Shown piece by piece: positions 52,914 through 63,219 of a stretch of 64,000 bases of DNA (position 1 is its first letter; the number at the start of each line of letters is the position of its first letter). A program made the translations under genes and the position numbers. Location: NCBI GenBank assembly GCA_965197905.1, contig CBDAOB010000004.1, positions 1,312,001 to 1,376,000 on the forward strand, given 5' to 3'. The notes under the pieces were generated by a model. It was not told the DNA's origin. It was given only the letters and a program-made list of their open reading frames with translations, and did no database searches. This DNA comes from Candidatus Latescibacterota bacterium (lineage in GTDB: Bacteria; Latescibacterota; UBA2968; UBA8231).

Positions 52914-53521
52914 ATCCGGTTCCGCCGGTTGCCTCGAATAGCACGTAGAAGCGCCGTTTGAGCAGAAACTCTGCGATCTGTGGAACCGTTGAACCGCGCC
53001 GGCTGTTTTTCGCGATTCCCTCTCGAGATGCTACTGACCAGCACGTGATCGATTGCTCGGCCCCAAAAGCGCTCCCGAAACGGAAAAATATGCCGATATT
53101 TGGCGTGAGATGGCATTCCTTGCCAGATGCCGCCTATTCCGATGAACAACCCCAGGCTTGCAGGAGAGTAATAGTAGAGTGAATGACGGCGACATGTCTG
53201 CAGACGCTATCCGCCAGATTCAGCGGGCAACTCGATGCGCGGAGTGCGGTTGGCCAAGCTAAGTGGCGGGACTCGGAATGGGATTTGCTCCCTCAACTGA
53301 GCGAGTCTGCCCTGTGAATTCTCCACGCGCTGCTGCGATCCAAGAAACATCGTTTCATCGCGATGGGTCGTTTCGGCGGTTCCGGTCGCGCAAATCCTTT
53401 GACTCTCCAACCCTCCAGCTCATAGTGGGGAAGCCGTTAGATGCGGCTGCACCCAAATCAACAGGTGACTATTGCGTGGATGGCGCACCAGGCCAACCGC
53501 GGTGACCGCCGTTCGAACCGC

Positions 53522-53644
53522 ATGAGGAAGATTGCGACAAGATGTGCACAGTGGAGCCTGCTCGTATGGGTGTTGGCCATCTCTTACCATTACTACACCT
53601 CCAATAACTACCCCCAACTCGTCGTCTACCTACTAGGCTGGTGA
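53522..53644 (+). CDS. 40-aa hydrophobic peptide
   Basis: MRKIATRCAQWSLLVWVLAISYHYY...; stop lies 1 nt before the next start. Confidence 0.45.
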   Translation: MRKIATRCAQWSLLVWVLAISYHYYTSNNYPQLVVYLLGW

Positions 53645-53645
53645 C

Positions 53646-55520
53646 GTGGTAGAGATAATCTTCGCCTCGATCTTGTTGTTTGGAGCGGCATGTACCGGGC
53701 GTTTCGTTCTGACCCGTATTGGTTGCGGTTTCGACAACAGGATAGAGGAATTCTCCTTTTCCTGCGCCATCGGATTTGGTGCTCTGGTCCTGGCCATCTT
53801 CGCCGTCGGGTCATTTCATCTGCTCTTCATAGAGTCGGTTTACGTCGTCGTTTTTGGCTGGATTGCCTTGGGAATCAAGTCCAGTCCCAGTTGGCTTTCT
53901 GCGTTCAGGTACTATGTGCCCAGGCTCCTCGCTGAATACCGCTCGGTTCATTTCTGGGTCACGATCCTCGCCGTTGCCGGTCTGACACTGAGCCTGATAC
54001 GCGCGCTCGCGCCTCCCCATGGGGCAACCGACCCGCTCGCTTATCAGCTGGCTCTACCCAAGATCTATCTAGCTAAACACTTTCTCAGCTTCGAACCGAC
54101 AATCACAGGGGCTTTGTACCCTAGCAACATGGGCCTTCTGTATCTGGTGGGAATAGCGTTGAAGAATGGTAGCCTCGCTCAGATCCTACATTGGCTGACG
54201 GGCGTTCTCAGTTGTCTCGCAATAGTGGGCGCCTGTCAGCGCTTTTTCAGTTGGCGAGTAGGCATCTGGGCAGCGACTATTTTTAGTTTTGTGCCGGTAG
54301 TTGTGGTTTTTGGTCCCCAAGGATATATCGACGTAGGCCTCTGTTATTTTCAACTGATGGCTATAGGAGCCTTGCTTATCTGGACACAGGCTCCGAATCC
54401 CAGAATCCTCATATTGGCTGCATTACTCTGTGGACTGGCCATGGGAGTTAAACCTCAGGGGTATGGCACCGTGTTCCTGGGGTCTGCCATCATCCTAATC
54501 GCCCGTTTGGCGCGGCGTGATTCGCTCTACCGGCTTCTCAAGGACGTCGGCCTGTACTGTGCTGCTGCGCTTGTGATGGTGATTCCATGGTTCGTGCGGA
54601 GCTACTATTGGTCAGGCAATCCGATTTGGCCTCTTGCCAATGATTTCTTTGACAGTCATGCCTTCGCTTTGAGCCCCCAAGTCGGTTCAAACCTCACTAC
54701 AGGGAGTACGGTCGACAACGTCGTGCAGGGGATCATTCCGTCGCTCGCGTGGTTCGACTATTACTGGCATGCAATGTCTCCCTGGGCCTGGACGTTTTCG
54801 CCGGGCGGTTGGCAGAAAGCTATCGGCGTTTATTTCGCCGCCTTGCTTCCCGGAGCTCTGCTTGTAACGCGCACGAAAAAACACTGGATTCTCATTGCCA
54901 TCTGCCTGACGTATTACGTGTTGCTGGTTCGGTTCCTGCACATGAATCCTCGTTATGGGCTGGTGCTTTTCGCCTTCCTCGCGGTGCTGTGTGGATTGGT
55001 TGCCGAGTATCTGTCCAGTGCGACCAAGTCCAGACCATTGTCTACTCTGTTCAATGCGGGATTCCTGGTGACAGGTGTGCTGAATCTCTGCTTTGCCTAT
55101 CAATTGTCTGCCCCAGTCCACAATGTCGTATTCGGCAAAGAGAGTGTTGATTCGTTTCTGATATCGCATGAAGCGTCGTACAGAGTGTTCCAGTTTGCCA
55201 ACCAGAATCTGCCTCCCTCGGCGACGGTGTTGTTACAGGGAGAAGTAAAAGGCTACTACTGTGATGGAAGTTATCTTTGGGATCACCCCGACCAGGGCGT
55301 CCTGAGGTACGAGCGATTCGATACCGCCGATGAGTTACGTGCCGGCATGAAAGAGCTGGGAATCACCCATGTGATTCGCATCATAAACCTGCCGCCGGTG
55401 CGCAGAACGATGTATCCGAACTACTTCACAGATCCGTATCACGAGACGTTTCGCAAGAGATTCCTTCAACTGATGTACCACGACGAAGCGTACGCTCTGT
55501 TTAGGGTGAACTATTGCTAA
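53646..55520 (+). CDS. ArnT/PMT-like GT-C glycosyltransferase
   Basis: DPLAYQLALPK first loop, YID, GLAMGVK, PWFVR....GNP, many TMs. Confidence 0.75.
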   Translation: MVEIIFASILLFGAACTGRFVLTRIGCGFDNRIEEFSFSCAIGFGALVLAIFAVGSFHLLFIESVYVVVFGWIALGIKSSPSWLSAFRYYVPRLLAEYRSVHFWVTILAVAGLTLSLIRALAPPHGATDPLAYQLALPKIYLAKHFLSFEPTITGALYPSNMGLLYLVGIALKNGSLAQILHWLTGVLSCLAIVGACQRFFSWRVGIWAATIFSFVPVVVVFGPQGYIDVGLCYFQLMAIGALLIWTQAPNPRILILAALLCGLAMGVKPQGYGTVFLGSAIILIARLARRDSLYRLLKDVGLYCAAALVMVIPWFVRSYYWSGNPIWPLANDFFDSHAFALSPQVGSNLTTGSTVDNVVQGIIPSLAWFDYYWHAMSPWAWTFSPGGWQKAIGVYFAALLPGALLVTRTKKHWILIAICLTYYVLLVRFLHMNPRYGLVLFAFLAVLCGLVAEYLSSATKSRPLSTLFNAGFLVTGVLNLCFAYQLSAPVHNVVFGKESVDSFLISHEASYRVFQFANQNLPPSATVLLQGEVKGYYCDGSYLWDHPDQGVLRYERFDTADELRAGMKELGITHVIRIINLPPVRRTMYPNYFTDPYHETFRKRFLQLMYHDEAYALFRVNYC

Positions 55521-55650
55521 GCGATGGCCGCAAAACAACATGCTCTACCCTCGCTGCGGCCGCCGGCCAGGGAAAACGGCCCCGAAGCGTTAGACTTGGT
55601 CGATTTCGCGCCCGGAGCTGGCGAAATCGCGGGCTTTGGCGCCGTTCGTT

Positions 55651-56820
55651 CTACAGAGTGTATTGCGGAATCTGCAGCAGTTCACCGTCTCTTAGCGCCG
55701 ACTGGTGGGCAACGATGCCGCTGACCGTCATATTCAGTGACTGGGCTACGTCGATAAGCGGGGTGCGGTCCAACAGTATCGCCTCGACGAACTCGCTCAT
55801 CAGGTAGCCGTGGGAACCACCGTGGGCGCCGGCGTCCACCCCGGGTGGAAGAGGCGGACGACTGATTGCGTTCGGCGCATAATCCTGCCCTTCACTCTGG
55901 AACTTGCCGTAAAAGGTCCCCCTGTCCGTACGAATCCGACCCATCTCCCCACCAACACCCGGAGTGTCCCAGCTCACCCCCATCCGTGCCGTGCCGCCCT
56001 CGCTGGTCCGAAACAACGCGATTTCGGTGCCAAACGGGTTGCCGTATCGGTTGTTTTCCGGCTTCAGATGAACGACGGGGCTGGGCACGCCCATGCAGGA
56101 GACTTCGGTGAAACTCCCGCCGGTCACGCCCACGTAATAGGCATTGGAGTGCGTGGGATACCACTGCGGGGGCAACCCGGTGCGCCATGCCTCGTGCGCC
56201 GCCATCGGCGTACGAAAGTAATGCCAGTATTCGCCTTCCGCGTAGACAACTCTTCCGAGCTCGCCGGCATTGAACAGCTCCCGCATTTTGTAGAGATCAT
56301 CGTGAAAATAGGATGTCTCGAACATCATGTAGCTGCGGTCGGCAGTCGTGGCAACTTCGAAGAGTTCATCCGCATCCTCCAGTGACCCGAAGACGGCGGG
56401 GACAGCCGAGGCAACGTGTTTGCCTGCTTTGAGGGCTGCGATAGCCAACTGGGCATGGCTCGGCGCGTCGGTGGCAATGAAGATAGCCTCGCACGACGAG
56501 TACGCGTTCGCGCAGCGGCATGCTCTGGCAAGCCCGGCACGCTTGTCGGGGTGGAGATCGGCAACCGCGGCAACGGTCACATTCGGGTGGTCCTGGAAAT
56601 GAAACGCGGCACCGAATCCACACACGCCGTACCCGGCGATACCCACGCGAATCTTGCGGTCGGAAACGGGTCTCCAGTTCTTCGCCGCCTCCTTGTCGGT
56701 GACCTCCTTCTCGAATCCAGGGATCGGCACCTCCAACGCTGTCGATTCCGGACCGATCGCCTCAGATACCGAGCTCTCCTCGCTCATCTGACTCCTATAT
56801 TGGTCTGGGTTCGCTACCAC
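55651..56820 (-). CDS. Gfo/Idh/MocA family oxidoreductase
   Basis: VGIAGYG..GFG, GKHVASAVPA, YPTH, HGGSH; start uncertain. Confidence 0.82.
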   Translation of the reverse strand: MVANPDQYRSQMSEESSVSEAIGPESTALEVPIPGFEKEVTDKEAAKNWRPVSDRKIRVGIAGYGVCGFGAAFHFQDHPNVTVAAVADLHPDKRAGLARACRCANAYSSCEAIFIATDAPSHAQLAIAALKAGKHVASAVPAVFGSLEDADELFEVATTADRSYMMFETSYFHDDLYKMRELFNAGELGRVVYAEGEYWHYFRTPMAAHEAWRTGLPPQWYPTHSNAYYVGVTGGSFTEVSCMGVPSPVVHLKPENNRYGNPFGTEIALFRTSEGGTARMGVSWDTPGVGGEMGRIRTDRGTFYGKFQSEGQDYAPNAISRPPLPPGVDAGAHGGSHGYLMSEFVEAILLDRTPLIDVAQSLNMTVSGIVAHQSALRDGELLQIPQYTL

Positions 56821-57146
56821 GAGGTCCCGACTGGGACCGCCCGCGTGCTGTAGTGAAACAATAGACAGTGGACGATTCGAACAACTTGCGGTCAGGATGC
56901 GAAGTTTTTACCAGGAGAGACCTCGGTGTAGTTCGATTCCAGTTCCTCGAGACCAATTCATGAACGCCAATATCGTTAATCACGCCGAGTCTCCGTGCCG
57001 TCCTGGCGCGGCGTTTTCCGGGGCGTTTTGGGAAGGCTCGTATCCAGACTGACCCTGGAATCCCCCGCCGGAGGTCAGATCCACCGGCAACTGCGCCAGC
57101 GGAGTGGCTCGGCGAATTTTGGTGAGTTTCCGGGGGCGGCGGCAGC

Positions 57147-59009
57147 CTAGAGCTGGCCGAAAACGCCCTGGACGACCTCTGGTAAAGACGTGAAGCGCAC
57201 GAGGATGGCGTCGTCGTCGATGGATACGGCCTTGGCGTAGACTTCCCGGTCACCGGATTCGTTCTCGAGGAAGAGCCTGAGGTCGTCGAGGAAGGCGATC
57301 GGCGCCTCGCTGCGTAAGCGAGCGCCGCGCCGGCCTACTTCCACAAACACGCCGTCGTACTCGCTGCCACCGGCGTCTTTCTGGCTGAGTATTCGGACCA
57401 GCAGGGGAAGTGGGGGCGCCAGTGTACGCAGTGGGTCGTCAAGGACGGTGGGCAGCTGCAGGTCGAAAGGGGCTCCGATACTGCTGACATCGTAGACAGC
57501 GATGGGCTCCTGTACTCCCTTCGGCTCGATCTGCAATTCACCGCGAAAGCTCAACGGCGCAGTGACTTCGGCGTGAGTGAATTCGGAGATAAGGATCTGG
57601 CCACCAACGGTGAAGGACTCAATGCGGGCGGCGAGATTCACATGTCGCCCAAAGACCCCATATTTGGCGCGTTTCTGAGAGCCGATATTGCCGACGACGG
57701 CCTTGCCGGTGTGGAGGCCGATACCCATCTCTACTTCGGGCAATCCCTCCACGATGTTGGCGCTGTTGACGCCTTCCATCGCGCGTTGCATAGCTATGGC
57801 GCAGGCAACCGCCTGTGCGGCATGCGGGGTTTCAGCGCCACCAAGCGTGCCAAAAGTGGCTTTGATGCCATCCCCCATGAACTCCTCGATGGTTCCGTCG
57901 TACTGCATGATGATCTCGGTCATCGCCCCCAGGTAGCGATTGATGATTGCTACCACCTTCGCTGCCGGCAAGCGCTCGCTCAACGAAGTGAACCCGCGCA
58001 GGTCTGACATCAGGATCGTCACCTGGCGCAGCACGCCGCCCACATCGAGACGATCCGGGTTGTCGAGCAGGGTGTCGACGATGTCGTCGGAAACGTAGCG
58101 GCCGAAGACGCGGCGGATGAAGGCGCTGCTGCGTTCCAGAGCCTCCTGACTCTGCTTGAGTTCGGCGTATGCTTGATTGCGCTGCAACAGGCGAATGTGG
58201 CTGGCCGTGTGGTGACGAATGCGGGCCACCAACTCGAGCTGGTCGGGAACCTTGACCAGGTAGTCGGAGGCACCGCTGGCAAACGCTTTGGACTTGCGGT
58301 CTCCCTCCTCGGCCGACGACAGAACTATGACCGGGAGTTGAGCCGTAGAGGCATGGTTGCGCAGTTCGGCCAGCACCTCAAAGCCGTCGACACCGGGCAT
58401 CACCAGATCGAGTAGAAGAACGGAGGGGTTTACCTTGGCAACGGTCCGTCGGATATCACTGGCCTCGGACATGAACTGGAAATCAATGTCTTCCTGGTCG
58501 GCCAGCAGCCGGCGCACGGCTTCGCCGACGAGCGGCTGGTCGTCGATCATAAGCACGCGAATCCGTTCCTCGAAGGCTGCGCTGCTAACCTCGAGGTCGG
58601 CGAGGCTGACCGATTGCGCCGCGCGTTCAAGATGCGTGCGGACGCGGACGAGAATCTCTTCATTCCTGAACGGCTTGGTCAGGTAATCAACGCCACCTGC
58701 GTCGAAACCGGCGGTCAGGTCGTCCGTCTCCGGTTGGGCGGTCAGAAATACGATGGGGATCGAGGCCAGATCCGGCTGGGCTTTGAGGCGCCTGCAGGTC
58801 TCAAACCCGTCCATGCCTGGCATCCTGACGTCCATCAGGACCAGATCGGGCTTCACCTTGGCGGTGACCTGTAGGGCATCGGAGCCGTTGGTGGCAACGT
58901 AGATTTCGTACCCCGCTCGCTCGAGGACTTCGACCAGGAGAGCGAGATTCTCGGGGACGTCGTCGACGAGCAGGAGGCTGCTGCCCTTGGTGTCGATTTT
59001 CTGACTCAC
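57147..59009 (-). CDS. REC-REC-class III nucleotide cyclase with PilZ-like tail
   Basis: LVDD..LMDVRMP..KPF; IDD..LLDLVMP..K; SDLRGFT, MGDG, NLAARIES. Confidence 0.88.
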   Translation of the reverse strand: MSQKIDTKGSSLLLVDDVPENLALLVEVLERAGYEIYVATNGSDALQVTAKVKPDLVLMDVRMPGMDGFETCRRLKAQPDLASIPIVFLTAQPETDDLTAGFDAGGVDYLTKPFRNEEILVRVRTHLERAAQSVSLADLEVSSAAFEERIRVLMIDDQPLVGEAVRRLLADQEDIDFQFMSEASDIRRTVAKVNPSVLLLDLVMPGVDGFEVLAELRNHASTAQLPVIVLSSAEEGDRKSKAFASGASDYLVKVPDQLELVARIRHHTASHIRLLQRNQAYAELKQSQEALERSSAFIRRVFGRYVSDDIVDTLLDNPDRLDVGGVLRQVTILMSDLRGFTSLSERLPAAKVVAIINRYLGAMTEIIMQYDGTIEEFMGDGIKATFGTLGGAETPHAAQAVACAIAMQRAMEGVNSANIVEGLPEVEMGIGLHTGKAVVGNIGSQKRAKYGVFGRHVNLAARIESFTVGGQILISEFTHAEVTAPLSFRGELQIEPKGVQEPIAVYDVSSIGAPFDLQLPTVLDDPLRTLAPPLPLLVRILSQKDAGGSEYDGVFVEVGRRGARLRSEAPIAFLDDLRLFLENESGDREVYAKAVSIDDDAILVRFTSLPEVVQGVFGQL

Positions 59010-59074
59010 GGCTGAAATATAGGTATCTGTGCGGACAGGGTGACTGATGCGGCGGGCGGTAAATAGAGCGCGGG

Positions 59075-59734
59075 TTAGGGCGAAGCGCCCTCCGCCGATC
59101 CTGCCCAGCACACCCCGCGGGTGAGCAAGGCCTGCATTCCCGGCACCTCAAACGTACCGGGTCCATGGCCGAGTGCACTGTAGAATACCCGCCCGTCACC
59201 ATAGGGCTTCACCCAAGCCACAGGATGGGAACGCTCGGCCCACTCGGCGGTGGCCAGGATGTGAATGCGCGGATCCCAAGCCGACATATAGATCTCGTCC
59301 TCGACCTCGAAGTCGGCAACGCCCTGGGTCACTTCGTGCTCGTCGTCCTGTATGCGCACCGTAAATCGCAGGCCGGGCGGATGCCAATTGGCGTGGCCGC
59401 CCATCAAATCCACCGCCTGTCCGCCAATCCACCAGGCGGTACCGTGAACACCTACCAGACCGCCACCCCGTTCGACGAATCCGAACAAGCCCTCTTCTAG
59501 CGCCGGCGGCAGGTCAGGCACTCGTTTGGCGGGTCCCTCTGGCTGGGCTTCCGCCCGGGTGAATCCCGTGCCGAAGACACACACGTCAAACTCGGCCAAC
59601 TGCTCCGAGGCCAAGATGTCCCGGTCCTCTTCAAGCCGCACGTCCAGCCGCGCTGCTCTGCTGAGGAAAGCGTCAATGACAACCGCGCATTCATCAAAGC
59701 CATGATTCGGCCCCGAAAGAATCAATACCTTCAT
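59075..59734 (-). CDS. ThuA domain protein
   Basis: GGGLVGVH, DEIY, GRVFYSALGH. Confidence 0.85.
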   Translation of the reverse strand: MKVLILSGPNHGFDECAVVIDAFLSRAARLDVRLEEDRDILASEQLAEFDVCVFGTGFTRAEAQPEGPAKRVPDLPPALEEGLFGFVERGGGLVGVHGTAWWIGGQAVDLMGGHANWHPPGLRFTVRIQDDEHEVTQGVADFEVEDEIYMSAWDPRIHILATAEWAERSHPVAWVKPYGDGRVFYSALGHGPGTFEVPGMQALLTRGVCWAGSAEGASP

Positions 59735-59824
59735 CGCCTTTGGCCTTCGGTAATAGATAGCATGGATAAAGAGCCTTATCGGAAGTTGGGTCAATGGCAC
59801 TCGGTGGCGGCGCCAAGGCAGGTC

Positions 59825-60673
59825 TCAAATCGGCGTGTCACCGCAGATGGTAGTGCGATGCATGTGCCGGGGCGCATCTCCGTAATCCCGGATGGCATGG
59901 TGCATGGTGCAGCGATTGTCCCAGAACACCAGATCGTTGACCTGCCACCGGTGACGGTAGATGAAGGCCGGCTGCGTTGCGCGCTGGAAGAGGTACTCCA
60001 ACAGAGGCTGACTCTCTTCCTTCGACATGTCGACGAGTTGTCCAGTAAATCCTGGATTTACGAACAACGCCTTCCGGCGGCTCACCGGATGGGTGCGCAC
60101 CACCGGATGCTCAACCGGCGGGGTCTTTTTCTTTTCCGCCTCGGAGCGCGCGGCGGTGCCCCGGTGCGAAAAGAAGTGTTTCTCGGCGTTGCCGAAATCG
60201 TGCACCGCCTTCAATCCATCCAGCAACCGTTTCAATCCGGCGGAAAGCGTCTCGTACGCCAAATACATGCTGGCGAACATGGTATCACCACCTAGCTCTG
60301 GAATCTGCCGTGCGTACATCATCGATCCCATGGTCGGCGTCGCTGTGTAGCTCAGATCCGAATGCCAGTAGGTGCCGGCGTACGCCCGGCCTTTCCGTTT
60401 TCCATCCTCCACGATGTTTGAAACCACGTAGATCTCCGGATGACCTTCCAGCAATGCATCGGAGATTACATGGGTTTCGAGGGCACCGAACACGCGGCTG
60501 AACGCGATGTGCTGTTCAGGGGTCAGGTGTTGGTCGCGGAAGATGAGAACTCCGTGTTCGGCCAATGCGTCGCCAAGCACGTTGACGGTCTCTGTGGACG
60601 CCGGAAGCGAAAGATCGAGGCCTTTGACCTCCGCACCGACCACCGGCGACACCTTTTCCAGCGAAATCGCCAA
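59825..60673 (-). CDS. TauD/TfdA family Fe/2-oxoglutarate dioxygenase
   Basis: WHSD, GGDTMFA, HPVVRTHP, WDNRCTMH. Confidence 0.92.
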   Translation of the reverse strand: MAISLEKVSPVVGAEVKGLDLSLPASTETVNVLGDALAEHGVLIFRDQHLTPEQHIAFSRVFGALETHVISDALLEGHPEIYVVSNIVEDGKRKGRAYAGTYWHSDLSYTATPTMGSMMYARQIPELGGDTMFASMYLAYETLSAGLKRLLDGLKAVHDFGNAEKHFFSHRGTAARSEAEKKKTPPVEHPVVRTHPVSRRKALFVNPGFTGQLVDMSKEESQPLLEYLFQRATQPAFIYRHRWQVNDLVFWDNRCTMHHAIRDYGDAPRHMHRTTICGDTPI

Positions 60674-60682
60674 GGTCGGATC

Positions 60683-62170
60683 TCATCCCCCGAACCAGAA
60701 GGCGTAGAGCTCGGCATTCAGCAACGAAAAGCGTACACGCACCGTTCTCCCCGCCAGCTCCCCTAGATCTGTCTTGTTCTTCCAGCGTATCGCCTCATCC
60801 ACCTCGTCCACCACCGCGGGCACACAATCGTCGAGGGTGTACCCAGGCACCGGCTGCCCGTTTTCGGCATCGAGCGCCTCGGCTCGGACACTGCCCCGCC
60901 ACGCGTCCAGGTTGACACGCAGCTCCTTTCCGTCGACCTCGACCGGCGTCGACAGCACGCTCCCCGGTTCGACCCCCGCCTTCAGCGAGCAGAATCCGTC
61001 CAACCGCAGCTTCGCCAGACAGATGGCGCCGCTGTCGAGATATTCCCGATTCCACGCCTGCTCTTGGGTTACGCCGCGATGCCGGTAACCGCCGTAATAG
61101 AACAAGAGCTCGTTGTCGCGCACGATTGGTCGGTTCGAAGGACCGAGCTGCCCGAGGTCGTAGGCACTGCCGTCTCCGATGGGCGACTGCTCGATGAACG
61201 GCGCCCGGTCCGCCACCCGCTCCCAGTTGTGCAGGTCGCGGCTGCACACCAGCTCGAGAACCTTGCGCCCGTCCACGTTCTCGTACATCGGGGGCCGGCC
61301 GCCGCACTGGTGGAACATCACCGGCATCCCGATGTAGAGATCCTCGTACGGGAATACCGGAAGCTGATACACGTCGGTCTTGTACTGTCTGGGTTTATTC
61401 ACCGTGGGGGTTGAATAGTCGGGATCTTCGAAGAAGCGGGTGATCCGTTCCTTGCCGTTTTCCTGGTCCTGCTCGTCGGCGTGGAAGATCATCTCGGCGT
61501 CGGTCCAGTTCTCGAAGTCCTCGCTCGTCGACACGCAGACCGCACGGCCGAACGGCCCCCGCCGTTTCACCATGATGATGAACAGGCCCTTCTCCTCGTC
61601 GTAGGTCATGGAGGAAGTCCCCCCCTCCGGGATCGGCGGCACATCCAGCCATTCCCAGGTAAAGAGATCGGGCGACACCGCGAATTTCTTCTTGTGGAGC
61701 CGGGTCCCGTCCGCATGGTTTTGCGCCTTGTAGCGGCGCTTCGGATCTGGGTCGTTCGGATCGCGCACCGGGGTCGTGCTGTTGGGGATGATGTTGTTCT
61801 GTTTGCCGATCGGCTCACCCCTGTAGCTGTTCACCTCGTATTCGAACATCTCGAGAAACGGCTTCTCCCAATTCACCCCGTCCTCGGAGGTGGCGTAGCA
61901 GAAAAAGTTCTGTCCCCGGTTCGGCGCGGACACAGTGATCATCATCAGATCGTCCAAGGTGAGATCCGGCGGCTCGGCGCCGGCCCCGTAGACCAGCTTG
62001 TACACCCCCTCGTCCGGGTCCCACATCGGCGCCGTCTGGATGTGCACGCCGATGTTCTCCCAGCGGTATTCCGGCTGCACCACGGCTCCCTGTTTCTCCG
62101 GTTGATGCAGCACGCGTGCCAGATTGTTCATTTCCTCGATATGATGATCATCGATAAACAGCTGTTTCAT
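60683..62170 (-). CDS. Beta-propeller glycosidase-like protein, paralog D
   Basis: RBS AGGAGG; MKQLFIDD; closely resembles paralog B. Confidence 0.72.
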   Translation of the reverse strand: MKQLFIDDHHIEEMNNLARVLHQPEKQGAVVQPEYRWENIGVHIQTAPMWDPDEGVYKLVYGAGAEPPDLTLDDLMMITVSAPNRGQNFFCYATSEDGVNWEKPFLEMFEYEVNSYRGEPIGKQNNIIPNSTTPVRDPNDPDPKRRYKAQNHADGTRLHKKKFAVSPDLFTWEWLDVPPIPEGGTSSMTYDEEKGLFIIMVKRRGPFGRAVCVSTSEDFENWTDAEMIFHADEQDQENGKERITRFFEDPDYSTPTVNKPRQYKTDVYQLPVFPYEDLYIGMPVMFHQCGGRPPMYENVDGRKVLELVCSRDLHNWERVADRAPFIEQSPIGDGSAYDLGQLGPSNRPIVRDNELLFYYGGYRHRGVTQEQAWNREYLDSGAICLAKLRLDGFCSLKAGVEPGSVLSTPVEVDGKELRVNLDAWRGSVRAEALDAENGQPVPGYTLDDCVPAVVDEVDEAIRWKNKTDLGELAGRTVRVRFSLLNAELYAFWFGG

Positions 62171-62262
62171 TTGCTCCTCCTTGTGTGCCGGACCGAAATA
62201 GGTTTCAATTGGCCGGCGAACGATGCAAGTTCGACCTGCAAACCACGGAGTCCGGCCCCGGC

Positions 62263-63219
62263 ATGTCAAAAGCACCCGGAAAACCGATCGACTTCACGCC
62301 CGCCTACCAAAACCTCACCCGGGACGAGCTTGGGCACCGCGTCGAGCTGGCTTTGCATGAGCTGGAGGATTGCCGGGCGTGCCCCCGCGACTGCGGCGTC
62401 AATCGGCTCGAGGGAAAGTGGTCTGCCTGTCGCACCGGGCGCTACGCGGTCGTCTCCAGCGCCTTTCCGCATTTCGGCGAGGAGGACTGCCTGCGGGGAT
62501 GGAACGGCTCCGGCACGATCTTCTTCGGTCACTGTAACCTGCGTTGCCAGTTCTGTCAGAACTGGGACATCAGTCAGGGTATCCGCCCCGGGGCCGAAGA
62601 CGGATCCAAACCGGGAGAGATCGCGGCGCTGATGCTCGCCCTGCAGGCGAGGGGGTGCCACAACATCAATTTCGTGACGCCCGAGCACGTGGTGCCGGAG
62701 ATCGTCGAGGCGCTGGCGGTCGCCATCGAGCGCGGCCTCGATCTGCCCATCGTCTACAACACCAGTTCCTACGATTCCCTCGCCAGCCTGAAGCTCATGG
62801 AAGGGATCGTCGACATCTACATGCCCGACTTCAAATACTGGAGTCGCGAGCGTAGCAAAACCTATTTGAAAGCGGAGGAGTACCCGGAGATCGCCCGCGC
62901 CACCATCCTCGAGATGTTTCGGCAGGTGGGTCCACTGGTGACCGATTCCCAGGGGCTTGCCACTCGCGGCGTGCTCTTGCGGCACCTGGTGATGCCGAGT
63001 GGTCTCGACGACACCCGTGCGATTCTGGAGTGGGTGGCTGCGGAGCTGGGTGGCGACGCCTACGTAAACTTGATGGATCAGTACCGGCCGGCGGGCGGTA
63101 TCGGTTCTGAAAAACTTCCGGAGCTCAACCGCTCGTTGACCTCCACCGAGTGGATCGAAGCGGTCGAAATAGCCACGACGTTGGGGCTGCGATTGGACCA
63201 GAGAGGAATGTTGACCTGA
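62263..63219 (+). CDS. PflX-like radical SAM protein
   Basis: CRACPRDCGVNR, HFGEE, CNLRCQFCQN, GCHNINFVTP, YMPDFKY. Confidence 0.85.
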   Translation: MSKAPGKPIDFTPAYQNLTRDELGHRVELALHELEDCRACPRDCGVNRLEGKWSACRTGRYAVVSSAFPHFGEEDCLRGWNGSGTIFFGHCNLRCQFCQNWDISQGIRPGAEDGSKPGEIAALMLALQARGCHNINFVTPEHVVPEIVEALAVAIERGLDLPIVYNTSSYDSLASLKLMEGIVDIYMPDFKYWSRERSKTYLKAEEYPEIARATILEMFRQVGPLVTDSQGLATRGVLLRHLVMPSGLDDTRAILEWVAAELGGDAYVNLMDQYRPAGGIGSEKLPELNRSLTSTEWIEAVEIATTLGLRLDQRGMLT

